From Lingula anatina (Eukaryota > Animalia > Brachiopoda), in the NCBI GenBank assembly GCA_051362555.1, contig CM120640.1:12400001-12464000 (forward strand): 64,000 bases of DNA, read 5' to 3'. A program made the translations under genes and the position numbers. Below are positions 1 through 13,400 of this stretch, in pieces. Under the pieces are notes generated by a model. That model was not told the DNA's origin. It saw only the letters and a list, made by a program, of their open reading frames with translations, and did not search any database. How positions within the stretch are numbered: the first letter of the stretch is position 1; the number at the start of each line of letters is the position of its first letter.

Positions 1-1013
1 CTATTCAATATAAAAAAGTTCTTGTAGTGCAGGAATATTTTCAATACTCACCGTACCAATCATACTCAATTTACTTGGTCCACAGATTGTAGTACAGGCA
101 CTGAAAATGTTCAAAGTTATTGTGATTGTGGAAACACCTGGAATTAGATGTAGGATATGTTCAGGTGACCAGGTGGCTGTCAGACTTCATACAAGTCATC
201 CTGCACTTGGCTGCACACACACAACTGCTAACTACAATTTAAGAATGTTCCAATGACAAAGTTATGGGTGTGCAATTTGTCTGACAGAATTAAGTTTTGC
301 TATGACTATAGGGCTAGTAGGTCCTGTTATTTACAGTGGTGCTTGGGGAATGGTGAAATTGGACTGTTCACCTGGCTGCTTTTCAATAGATTCAGGAACA
401 CACTTTGTTTTGTTGGAATTACACCCAGACAAACAGTTGCAGTAAATCCTCTATCTGTATGGAAATGGTAATTGGAAATTTTGTCACTACAAATGACTTG
501 TTTCCCCTGTGGAAAAATTAGACAACTGGGAAATGCTTGCAACTATGAAATTATTGGGTCAGATTTCACAAGGACCCAATACCCTTAGATTACGATGTGT
601 AATACACCAAGAAGCAGCATCCTCTACAACCAATAAGATCATATAAAAAGCGATTTTATCAGAAGTATTTCAATTGATAAGCAAAAATCTAAAAGTACAT
701 TTTTTCCCAATTTTACATCAGTAGAATCCTGTCTTAACCTTAAAAACATGTTAAGCTAAAAGTATTATGAAAATTTTTGCATCTTGATGTGAAAATTTTT
801 ATTGAAAGATAATATATAACTTATTTATTTCTATGAAATCTTTTCTCAGGCAAGTTAGCGATATCTGCAGATATTGGAATGAACCATCCTTTTGGTTGGG
901 AAAATCTTTACTGTGAATCAGAATTTGATCTAGGTTCTGTGTCTTCATGGTCAAAAGACCTCATTTAAAAATTGCTGGCTACAGGCCTGAGTTTTATATC
1001 TTTTTTCTTTTAG

Positions 1014-4000
1014 AGCTTCCCAAGTCCATCTACCAGCAGCAGAAGAAATTCAGATTCCCCTGGCCTGGATGGAGTGGGACAGACAAGATTTGAGGTAAAA
1101 ATTTTGGAAAAAAAAGGTTTTTCATACTAACAGAAGTGAGTCAGAAACTTTTAATTTGATACTAGATAATCGCAGTAGACATTTGATGTTTTAAGGGACA
1201 AAATTAATAGGATGAATGAATGAACTAGCTGACCTCTGTATATACTAAAAGTCACCTCTCAGTCTTCCTTTCAAACTGAAGTATACATCCTGAGACAACA
1301 TTTTTTTCTCGTGACCTGCATTGAATAAAGAGTAATAAGCAATTCCTAATTAAACAAATATTTCTTTATTAAATCACTTCAAAAAGAAATATTTGCAAAC
1401 ATAATTAAGTATAGCTTCGAATGCGTTGAAACATACTGAATTTACTGCATTATCTTTCTTTGCAGATAAAGCATTCAAAAAAAAATTACTAATTAACCCA
1501 TTTCCATTTAATGACAATTGTGTCTGGCAAAGATATTGATAAAATTAAGCAAAAGCTCTCCCCTGGTGTTATACATTGTCTGTTCAAATAATTTAAGTGG
1601 GGAAGAAAAATCTGAAACTATAGTTGATCTCTGACATGATTGGATTGGTATTGGACTATCTGTACCCTAGCGGATCCCTGTCTGGGGGAGTATTACATTA
1701 GATAAAGGCTAGAAAAGGACAGTATTGAAAAAGGAATATTTCGTAACAGCCATTGGGGTCAGAAGCCACTTTTTGAAGTGAATACAGAAACCGCATTTGG
1801 CAGCACCCCTGAAGGATTTTGGATAACTGTGACAAAAGGGAAGTTCAATAAAGCATGGCTTGGTCCCCCCACAGGAGCCATAAAACACTGATTTGATTAC
1901 CACACGTGAACTGCCCCTGAAAAAAGCCACTACCCCACATGAGCAACACCCATGCCTGCTTCACAACCTTTTATTGAACTACATTAAGGCGCTACTTATT
2001 TAATTGATCTCAAAGCTCATCAAATATGCAGCTCACTTTATCAAGCATTGTTCCCCAGTGGCTGGTCTTTTATAGGGGGTTTGTCACGCATTATATACCT
2101 TACCACCCTCGGTCTCCCTTGCGATCATTGTGTTAGGGTAACCGTTGTAGAAACGGCCCAATAATTTCCACTAACGTAACATTGGCGTGACAATTAATGT
2201 GTTAAAAGTGGCCACCTCCCATTGATTCTCAACACCTGGTTTTTGTGGCTGTCATTAACTCCCTGCTTTGGGGGAGATGATTGCCTTTTTTGATGTGAAC
2301 AGTTGTAATGATAATGATGGTAATTGCACCGGGACCTGGACGTGATTTGAAGCATAATGCAGACGAGATGCTGGGTTGTGAAAGAAGTAATGAAAAAATT
2401 AATGATATGCATGGTTCCAACAGAGCTGGTGCTTTTGTTGTCGAACAATGTGGCTGTCAACTTTATGTCATAATAAAACTATCAAGCATTGGTCACTCAA
2501 AAATATGAACATAAAGGCATAATTTCTTCTTGGTTTATGGCATAGAATCACTTTATAAATTCTGTAAAAGACGGTGGCTGGTGACTAAGTTTTCATTAAT
2601 GTACAACACATTATTTTATTAGCCTGACTGTATATGATGCTGCAAAAAGTGGGTATAATGTTATTGAACATAAAAAAATGTTTTGTCTTGACTACTACAA
2701 TGGTTTAACAACTTGCAGTACTTTTCCTAAAAGGATTTTTTCCACAATGAATTAGACTATTTTTTTAAGAAAAAATGTTGATATTTGTGACTTTTGCACT
2801 GTAAAAAGATTACTCTTTAGAACTATGTGTATAACTGTACATTTAGCCCACTCACACCTGTGTCCCACTAAATTGAGTGCATTTAATGAACCATCTGGAA
2901 GAATCAATAGTAATTCTAACCAATACAACTTATGCAATATACAAAATAACAGTGGACTGGAATCACATATATAATTCATGCACTTCCATTTATCACCTTT
3001 AGTCTGTGGTCAGTCTTTTGTAACATAAATAATGTTCAATTATAACAGTAACATTCACCCCTATTTGACCTTTTGTCTAGCTAGGCCAGTTTTATCCAAA
3101 GGGTCTTTGTCAATTAGTTGATCTTGTAATAATGTGTGAAAACCCAAAAATTCTATAATTCCACGCACTATGCCCAACAGCAAAACGATGTATTTGTGTC
3201 CTGTTCACATTTCCAGCCTGGGGGATTTAAAACAATTAGCTGAGCTGATGGTCACTGTTGACCAACTTGGCAGTTAAATCAACACAGACATTGGGGACCC
3301 AGTGTCAATCATTGGCTGCTTGATTCCTGCCAGTGTGTATGTTAAAGATTATCCAAACAGTTTGACAGCATTCCTCCTGCAATGACCATTCAGGCTCATG
3401 TGACCAAGTGGAGTAATAGAATTGCACATTAATTTTTGATCGGATTAGATTTCGGGGTCATTTAGTTGATACAGTGTTTCTTAGTACCTCCAGGTATTGT
3501 TAAAGGGCTACTGCCAGAGGGGAGTTCATTTGGCAATATAAAGTCCCCTAAGTAAATAGTAAACACAACTGAAAGGTGAAATAAACAATAATTTTCCTAC
3601 TTGATAAAATCAAATGACTATAATTTTAGGGTGGCTGAGTTTGTTTTTCAGCAAGCAGCTGTGCTCAGGGGCAACTGCCTTAATATAATACAAGTTCCAG
3701 ATTATCTGTCACTCAAATCTGGAAAGTTAGACATTTTAACAGAACTAAAAACATTGGATGTAACAGGCTATACATTTTTGTGTGAAAGCTAAGCTGCTGG
3801 GGTATGTGCCCCAGGGATATTGAAATTTTACTTGTTATTTCAAATTGAAAATAGTGTATATCACTTTACCCACCTGCATCTTTTTCCAAATGCAGATATG
3901 TTAAAGGTATACATAAGTGTTAATTTTTCCACTCTGGTTTCTTTCAGACGTATTTGCGAATCAAAGCAAACCGACAGAATAGGCTAGCAGGTGAATACCT

Positions 4001-6215
4001 TACATTTATGATACTTTTATATCTTTCGAGTAATAAAAACATGTGCAGGTGTTCTTTTTTTTTTTTTTTTTTTTTTTTTCCAATCAAGTATTACTTTTCT
4101 GGCTTTGGTGTACATATGTAATGGAAATAAAAAAGGAAGGGGAATTTCATGTTATTTAATGGGAATGTACAAAATTCCCTAGCTAATTTCTTTATAATTC
4201 TTCCTTTTTTCAGCTAAAGCTAGAACAAGCAAAAGGAAGAGAAACCAGGAAGAAACATCTTGCCCTGTTTGCAATGAAAAGGTGATCGGGACACCAGAGG
4301 AGCTGAATGAACATGTGGAAAAATGTCTCAAAAAAGTAGGGTCAGATTTCCTGCCGCTTTGGTTAGAATCTATATATAAGGCAAAATGAAAGTGCAAAAA
4401 GAATAGAAGCATTTCCATTTTAGAATATTTACTTTTGTGTAGCTTCACTATTGATATTCAATAATCTATAATGAAAGATATTTTAAGATAAGTTCCAGCC
4501 AAAATTCAAAAGTATATTTTTGAATTTTTTATATTTAATTATCTTTTCAGCGAGACAGCGGAGAAGAGGAGGTGGTTGATATTGAAGGTGATCAGTTTGA
4601 GGAATATGAATGGGCTGGACAGAAAAGAATTAGAGCCAGCTCTCTGTTACAGGGAGGGATGGCTGGTAAGATTGAACTATTTTATTCTGAACATGAATGA
4701 TGGTTTCATAAGCATCACATCAAAAATGTTAAATTTTATACCAATTTTAGCAAAAACTTAAGACCACTGAAATTTGACAACATGCAATCTTTATCCATTT
4801 TATTCAGGTTCTGGCTTCCAAACATCCAAGAGATCCGAGTCTGATGAAGATATCAATTTGGATGTAGATGGAGACGATTCTGAACAATATGGTGGTGTCC
4901 AGTACACAGAAGCTGATATCATTCCATGCAGTGCTGACGACTCAGGGGAAGATCAGGAGAGAGAGGCCCTCAGGGGAGCAGTGTTAAGGTGAGCCACAAC
5001 AGAGAGTATTTTAGAAAAGCACTTTTTTGTGAATCCAAAATAAAAAATATTATACTTTGGAGATTCAATAAGATTTGTGATGACAAAAGGCTTTGAATAA
5101 TTTAACACATTTTTGTGATGGAATAGAGGGACTTTGATTACCTTTGATGATTTTCATTTCTAGAGGGGAAGGAACACAACCCAAGGCTATTTCTGCAGAC
5201 AGAAGTAAATGGTCCTCTGATTCTGGTAAGAAACTCTGATCTTGCTGGTTTATATAACATGTTTTGCATTATTTTTTTAGGTGTAATTTTTTCTCAAGCT
5301 AACTTTTCCTCAAGCTAACTAGTGCATTGCTTTCATATGAAGTGTTAGGCCAAAGTTGAAGGTGTCAAAAAAAAGTACATTGTCTGTAAGCATCATTTTT
5401 GCTTTTCAGCAGAACCTGGTACATCAGAAAGTCCAGACAACTCGGACGAGACTGTGTCCAGTTCTGAAACTGTCCAGGTTCAAGATCCCAAGGCTAAGGA
5501 GGTCATTCAGGCTCTTAAAGCCAAAGTGAAGGATCAAGAAGATCATACCAAGAAAGGGGACAAATTTAAATGCTTAATATGCATGGTAAGTGCTTCTATA
5601 TGTTCTACATGCATGCACAAATGCAAACTAGATATTCAAATAATTTTTCCACACTAGCACAGGTGATGTAATAAGATCAACGTGTATTTAGTATGTCCAA
5701 AGACCTCAGCTCTTTTTATATATTTTTATCAGTGAACTTGTTTCAGTCTCAAAACCTATAAAAAGTGTATAAATACAAATTTTTCATTGTTTTAGGAGCC
5801 TTATGCATCCCCTTTAACCTCCATTCAGTGTTGGCATGTCCACTGTGAAGAGTGCTGGTTGAGAACTTTGGTAAGTATACAAGTCATGTTAGAACTTTCT
5901 TTAGCCACACCCCAAAATGTTGCAAATTAAAATGTGTAAAATTGTCCTATTCAGGTTAATCTTTGAAGTCTGAATCCATTTGTAAAGTATTAAATATTGT
6001 GGACAAAACTGAAACGGATTACTTAAAATGATAAGATTGTTAACAGTATGTTGTCAAAAAGGGTATAATAAACATCATGTTTGGGTATAAGATAAACTTC
6101 TTTTGACTATCTTCCAAAAAATACTCTCTGTTTACATTTTCAGGGAGCCAAGAAGTTGTGCCCACAGTGTAACATGATCACCTCTGCTGCAGACCTCAGG
6201 AAAATCTACCTGTAA
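1014..6215 (+). CDS. RNF220: E3 ubiquitin ligase RNF220, 3' portion (5' exons upstream of window). Exons: 1014-1094, 3948-3990, 4214-4335, 4551-4665, 4808-4988, 5164-5225, 5410-5585, 5796-5870, 6144-6215
   Basis: Phase-consistent GT-AG exons translate to ...TYLRIKANRQNRL...CPVCNEK...HVEKCLKK...FEEYEWAGQKRIRA...DLDVDGDD-like INLDVDGDD...QYTEADIIPC...EREALRGAVL...KCLICMEPYASPLTSIQCWHVHCEECWLRTLGAKKLCPQCNMITSAADLRKIYL*, the recognisable RNF220 middle domain and C-terminal RING. NAGNAG acceptor at 5407-5412. Confidence 0.93.
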
Positions 6216-8345
6216 GAGGTGTCTGGAAGTACAACAACAAACCCCAACAGACTAAGAACTGCATTATATTCAGCATCTTCCTAATATTGTCTGGGCATGC
6301 CTTTGTCACTAAGGCACTGGTAGTTGATTAAATGTCTCCAGGACACCACGAAGATAAACGGGAGAGCTATTTGTACATAATAGCAGACAATATTACTTGA
6401 CTGCTGCTTCTACTGTCTATGAATAAATTGTTTTCGTGTAACTGCAGAATTTATGGTCATCATAAAGGCATGCTCAGGAGAGGCAAACATGCCATGTTGT
6501 TCCTGTTTGTGACCATGTGATCTCTGGTCTAACAGCACAAGAATTCTAGAGAGAATTTTTAAAGCTCAGGCTTGATGTATTTTCTTTATTGCAAATGTGA
6601 TTATTAAGTAGAGACTGCTTCCCCTTACCTAACATTTTCAATATAGAGTTGATGTTTTTTTACTTTTAAGATTAAAATGGATAGTTACAACTATTGTGGT
6701 GCCCTTGTTGCTTCCATTTGAAGTAGTTGCATTGTTAAATGTAACAATACTGATAAGCCTTGAAATACTTATTCTGTTATGTTAGTAATGCTAATTTATG
6801 AGCAGGGTTCTTCCATTTGTTATGCACAGCAGATTGTATATAGGAAATTGCACTGAATTTTGTAAACCAACTTATTTTAAATAAATGTTGATTGACCCTT
6901 CAGCAATCTAATAGACACCCAAGTCTGCAGTGCTGATTGTACAATTTATTGGTACATTCATTGGTATAATATTATATTTAATCAAAACACATGTAATATT
7001 GATATTGGCCACCAATTATTTTCAAAAGTAATTCTTTTGCTAAAACAATACAATAAAGACGAACCCTGGAAGATGGATGGTCACCTATTTAATAAATGCG
7101 ATGCCCCTTTCCAACCTTCAATAAAAGTTACCATAATTTTTTTTTATTTTTTCATACCTAAATCCTCATTTGCATTCATAAGGCTGAAGCCAAAGTTAAA
7201 TTTGTCGAGATTGTTTTAACATACATTTCTAAACGCCCTGTCCAGTTTGTTCCTATTACAATCTATTTAGATGCAACTCATGAGATTGTTGTCTTGTGTC
7301 TTCCACTTCTCTCTGTGCACTTATTGAAAAGGCATGCTTTATATATATATATATAACATTTTTTAAAATGGATAACTAGACCAGAATTGGGATGAAAATC
7401 CCACTTTAGAAAGGAAAATAAAACATCACTAACTTGAAACCAATTTGTTAAACAAGAAATGAAAGAGAATCCAAGTGCAGGAATAATGAGCAATGATTGG
7501 AAGAAACGTTGTGCGAAAACCCCTTGCACATGTACAAATGTACTATTAATCACTACAGCCTGTAACCCATTTTACGTAAAATGTAAAATTCCTTGATATG
7601 ATCTTTCTCATAAGGGTTAAGATCACAGTTACTGTAAATAAAGTACTTTGATGGTCAAATATTTACTTTTTTTCTTGCTACGTAAACATGCAGTACGTAC
7701 CCGTAAGTAACATAGCCAACGATGTTAACATGTAACATTAAAAGCCAAATATTATTAATTTATTGTTACTGTTTAGATCATTTTACTAAACATCTGTACA
7801 ACAACAATCCATTTGCCGTTTATGTTAACATTGTGTGTGTTAATTAATAACTGAGTCAATGTTTTACCAATAAATCCGATTTTGCGACCAACTGAAAACT
7901 GTGTCATACGCAGGTTTACATGCATGATAACTTGATTCTTTTTCATTTTGGTGTCAAGAGAAACAAAAAGTTGAGATTTTTTTAATGTTCCATTTTGACT
8001 CTAAGCTTTTACGGGCATCTTATCTTGTTTACATTGAGATTGAAATTACATTTACCTGTAAAATTCTAGCGATGTGGTAGATGTGATCTTGTCGCAACCA
8101 ACACACTTGATAAAAGATAATTTTTTAAATAGCCTTTATATCATGTAGAAAGGTAAATTTTGTAATTTTAAAATTATCAATATTATAAAACATAAAAGTT
8201 ATATGAAATGTGTTGATTGAAATTGTATAATACTGATATTTTGTATTTATATAGCTTATAAAGTATCTTGGTATGGATAAGCGTCTACCTGTGTACTTAA
8301 AGTAACTCTCATTACACTTAAGAGGTTGACCTACATAAGAGCTTC

Positions 8346-8487
8346 AGCTTTGCGCAGTGGCGGTACCATAGCCAATGAGGTTTATCCGAGGCGTGGTTAT
8401 TGCTAGTTGAAAACTATACCCAATACCCCGCACTGACGACGTGAAATATCGTCGGTAGTGCAATTTTTGAACGCCTCTACGGGGGCA
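8346..8487 (+). ncRNA. RNU4: U4 spliceosomal snRNA
   Basis: Starts AGCTTTGCGCAGTGGC (U4 5' end, U6 pairing). K-turn 5' stem-loop GCCAATGAGGTTTATCCGAGGC with compensatory ACCAT/GTGGT stem. TGCTAGTTGAAAACT, 3' stem GCACTGACGA...TCGTCGGTAGTGC, Sm site AATTTTTG (8462-8469) and terminal hairpin GCCTC-TACG-GGGGC. Confidence 0.96.
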
Positions 8488-8938
8488 ACAAATAAAACTG
8501 AGTAATAGCTAATCCCCTCAAAACTACTTCTGTCTTGTGTGTGCGAAATTTTTTTAATGGAGTGAATTGGGTTACCTCATTTAGCATGCTAGAATACCGT
8601 ACTTAGCTAGGAAAACTTTTCTCCTACCTCTGTCGATTTCTTTTGTTCACCAATGTGTATTTAAGACGAGACGAGAGATCTGCATTTCTGAACTTTAACA
8701 GGAAACCTTTTTAGTCTGGGATTAATTATTTGAAAAGTAAACAAGAAAACAAGCATTAAACAGACCCCTTTTTCAAAATTATGATATATTTTGACTTGTG
8801 ACTGCATATGTGTATATGATTAATTTGTCCACAAGAAAATATAGGTCAATAATGTTCTGCTTTTAGTTTTGTCCAATATTCATGTTTAGGCGTTTTTCTA
8901 AGTTAATTGATCAATTAACATAATAAATTAATAAATAC

Positions 8939-8988
8939 ATTAATTAATTAATTAATTAATTAATTAATTAATTAATTAATTAATTAAT
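8939..8988. repeat. (TAAT)n / (TTAA)n microsatellite
   Basis: About 12 perfect tandem units, self-complementary. Confidence 0.95.
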
Positions 8989-10483
8989 AACCTGTTTATG
9001 CAAATTAACACAAAAAGTTTAAAGAGAATTGGACATATCTTTGATTCCATACTATATATAACCCATGAACAACCATTCCACTAAGATGTCATTAAAAATC
9101 ATTTTCTGACAAAATTCCTAACATCATGTTGAAAAGATACCAGCCTGTGATGCTTTCTTTAACAGTTTCTCAATCTTACTGCATTGTTGCTAAAGGACCA
9201 ATTTATATGTTACCAGTAGGCCTGTAAATTCAACAATCCCTCAGAAAAGGTCGAAAATAGAATGATTTCAATTATCTTGGACCTTGGTCTCCCCCCAAAA
9301 AATGAAACTATATGAATTATTACCCTAGGTTCTAGATTTCAGTTTTGCCAGCTCGATCTTGATTTCATATATAACCATATCAGCAAAACAGTAAAGTTAT
9401 TCCATGAAAAGGTTTGAATAGTTAACAAGCTAGCTTCACAGTGGCCCTGACACTCAGGGTAGGAATTATAAGAACCTCTCTTGAACCTGCAATCCTTCAA
9501 TAATGGAAATTGTATGGGTAATTGGCCTGCATAAACGATCATGTTGATGTTAGTGCAATTATGTCAAGCACTTTTAGATACAGTACCCCATGTAGTTATG
9601 TTTTGAACTGTTTAGACCCTCAGTAAAAGTCAAAGATGGTGCAATTTGTCATAAGCAGACAGCTTTATTGACTTCACTTGCTCTACTGTAAGATTCTACA
9701 AAACTTAAAAGGTGTGGATAATGCTAATTTATGGAATGTTGGCATATCAATATGTAATGCAAATCAAGATTGTATATGTGATAATTTCTTTTGTTTCCAG
9801 TCCTTTCCATGTCTCTCCTCAATATTGTCAAACTACTTATTTTTCATTCTAGAAAATATTCATCATAAGCCACACATTTCTAAAGATAAGATGCAATGAC
9901 ACTGATTACCCTCTTCAATAGTACCAAAAAAATCCACAGATGTTAAAGAACAATTTTCTCTCTCTGTGTATATGTGTGATACATAACCCAGTAAAATTCA
10001 TTTCATACAAAAAATCTTTCCAAATTCAGTTATTACCCCCAAGATAAACAATATGCTTGAACAAGCAGGCTATTCATATGTACAAGAGGGGTAAATGTGC
10101 TGAGATTCAATTATAGAATGAAGCTATGATACTACATATTAAATAGAATTCAAGCTCTCATCTTGGGTAGATTGTAACATGACTGTTCTCAACTGCCTTA
10201 CTATTAAATCATTAAGAGCAGCAATCTTTTAATGATATATACATTTAATTAAATGATTCAATTTTTTAATGTCTTCCCGAGACTGATGATAAATGCCAAG
10301 TTTACTTCATGAACAATATGTCCGTTTCCCCTAAAACTCATTCAATATCTACTCATTATATATAATGTCTACTTCTTTATACTTATTTAAAGCAATATTA
10401 CTTTGAAGAGGACATTTCAATATTATGTGTGTGAAATGTTAGAAATTGAAAATAATGTCTTTATTGTCTTTAAAAGCTGATCT

Positions 10484-13400
10484 TTAAAAACTGTCTATTT
10501 CTGTAAATTCGCTCAATTCCTTCACAACATGGATAGTCTTCAGTTTAGCACTCTTTCTGATCTTGGATGTAATTTCCTCAGGATCCTCTCGACGGACAAG
10601 TGCTTTCTTCTCTGGAGGCTTCATCTTCCATAAGACAACAGGGGACTGAAATCAAAATGCCAGAAAAATAATGAACTTCAACAAGCATATTATGTGTAAC
10701 AATGCCCACTGACATCAGACTAACATTGGAGGCGTTTCATTTTTCTTTGTGATACTTATTATCAAAACTGCCTTGGAACTTTTTTGTAAGGTTCGACATA
10801 CCTATTGCAGTTACTTGCCCGTCACAAGTGATTTTCTTACAAATTTTTTTAATAGTGATTAAATTAAGCAGTTCCTTTTATTATATACAACTGATATACT
10901 TACATTGACACCCTTCTGAGATCGTTGATACTGAAATCAATCAAAGACAGAAGTAAATATAAATATGAAATACTTTGAAAATCATTCAAAATGCATTCAA
11001 AACTTGGGAAATGTACCAGTGCTTTTGGTTTACGCTCGTAACTAATTAAAATGTTTTTTCATGATGTTGCTGTAAAAGAATATATATCAGGCATAACTAT
11101 GCACTACATGTACAGTTACTCAATTACCTTGGTGGAAGCCACATAAGATGCTTTGACAGTCAAGACCACAGCATTCATAAGATTCTTGGCTGCTTGGATC
11201 AGAGAGGTGGCACTGTCAAGCTAGAGAAACAGGTAAAAGGTAAAAATATTGTACACATTTTGTGGCGGACTTCATAAATTACAAGTAGATGAGACATAAA
11301 AAAGTAATTTCTAATCCCACTAATTGCTGGTAATTTTAGCAAATAAATTATTTGTACAAATACAGTCAGTGGGACTTAACTTTAATAGACCCAAGATATT
11401 GACAGTGGACATTTTCCAATCATTGCCTTCCTTGTGAAAAGGGCATTTCTATTATTTTTTAATTTCATCATTTTTTTTTTTTTGGGGGGGGGGGGGGGAG
11501 GGTTGATTGCCTTTTGACAGTAAGGGGGTACTTGCTAGAGAATGTTTCTTCATTCAAATTTTATATGGGCACATATCTAATGCATCTAAATAATTCTTAT
11601 TTTCCTAGTCATTTCATTTTTCCTGTTGACAATACACTGCACATGTTGACCACTGCAAGCATTTTTTTTTTCAGTTGCAAAATTTAGTGCACGCATTGAT
11701 AGATTTTATCAATATTGTACACAACAGCAAGAAAAACACTGAGTGTTAAATAAAAATGTACAACTATGTACAACTTCAATTTTATATAAAGTGCCAAAAT
11801 TCCCGTCAATACAAATCAATGTAACTTTACTGAAACAACAAAAAAATTATAATGAAATTCATAGATGTTGAAAACAAATGATGGCAAAGCTTGCAAAAAA
11901 AGGCATCTAATGACAAAAAGAGATACATCTATGCAGACTTAAGATATCATCTACCAATAAAGATACATATTTGCCTAAACTATATATATATAAACTAAAT
12001 ACTACAACACTTTTGAAAAAAAAACAAGTTCCTATAATCAAAATTAAAATACTACAAGGACAGTGTGCTTAACCATTCATCTGTGTTGGTGGCCATCTAA
12101 CCTGTAAACATTTCTTTTACTTTACAGCACCAAATATCGGGAAGTTATAACAAAATCACGATTTGGTCAGTAATCAAAAATTCTGTTATACCCATAAATC
12201 CACTCCCCTTATTAGTGTTTGTATTACAAGGTTAAAAATCCACCTTAGCATATTCTGTGTATAACAACAACTAGGCAAACAACATCATGTGTCTAGTTGA
12301 GCAATAACCCCAGTTATAACACTGGGACTTGGACATACTATAGTGGGAGGTGCTTAAACTCAAATGCACATAAGAATATTGTGGTGCACTCTACAGAATA
12401 TGTTTCTACATTTCTACAAATTAATATGTCAATGATACAGTGGCATGAAAACAACAATAAGAATGTATTTTTAGCACTATTAATTCAGCACTATTATTTT
12501 ATCAATCAAAACTGTCAACCAAATAAATGAAAGCAAAAAGACTGCTTATTGATATTTTTGATTCTTTACCATGAAGTATTCATGCCCATGTATCCTGACT
12601 TACTATCAGCAGATGTACATGGTAAATAAGATGGGATGGGGTGGGATAGCAGGGAGCTGGTTGGAGGAAGAGGAAGAGGAAGGTGGGGCTTTTATACCTG
12701 CAGTACGTATGCCCAAGTCCCTAGAAAGCAATCTTTATTAATACTACATACCCCGGACACTATGAGCTCTCCACTGATGTTAGTGACATCAGCCTTGACC
12801 TTGCTGGTGATGTTCAACTGATGACAGTACAAGGCAATACGTTGGAGATATGCTATTAAGTCTTTCTTGGAATCAGAAACAGGGCACTAAAATGCAAGAT
12901 ACACACACCTCATGAAGCATGCAACACAAGCCACAACAACAACTATGGATTGTTACAGGAAAACCAGCAACGCAACCAACCACAACAGCAACATCAATGG
13001 CCACTGCATTGCACAGATGGGTGGGTGTTGTTTATTACATACCCCCGTCAATAACATCTCGCCACCCTGGGTGGTGACATCAGCTTTCACTTTGCTTGTG
13101 ATGTTCAATTGATGCGTGAACAGCGTGATCTGCTTCAGATATGACAGCAAATCACGCTTGGAGATTGAATCTGGGCACTGAAAAGTGGATGAGGAACTAG
13201 CATGTTAGTGATATATATGGGGGGCAGGGGACAAGGCACAGCCACCACTCTATAATGACTGTCTACTGTTGGGACTGGAGTGTGTGGGAGGAGCTAAAGG
13301 TCAAATACCATGACCCTACCAGATCATTGTCAACCACCATGCACCTGTAGCTCTCTTAATAACCTGGGGATGCAAAGGTTAAAACCAGGCTATGGATACT

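Noticed and set aside
1500-3500. TAAT/ATCAAA-rich, enhancer-looking blocks in the long RNF220 intron
   Set aside because: No internal comparison or distinctive structure supports a call without cross-species alignment.
12953-13042. Read-through of exon 16B gives a hydrophobic tail (WPLMLLLWLVALLVFL*) resembling a membrane anchor
   Set aside because: It is explained by the UG-rich intronic sequence. The donor is strong, and the product would lack helix H5. It would need 3'-end reads to reconsider.
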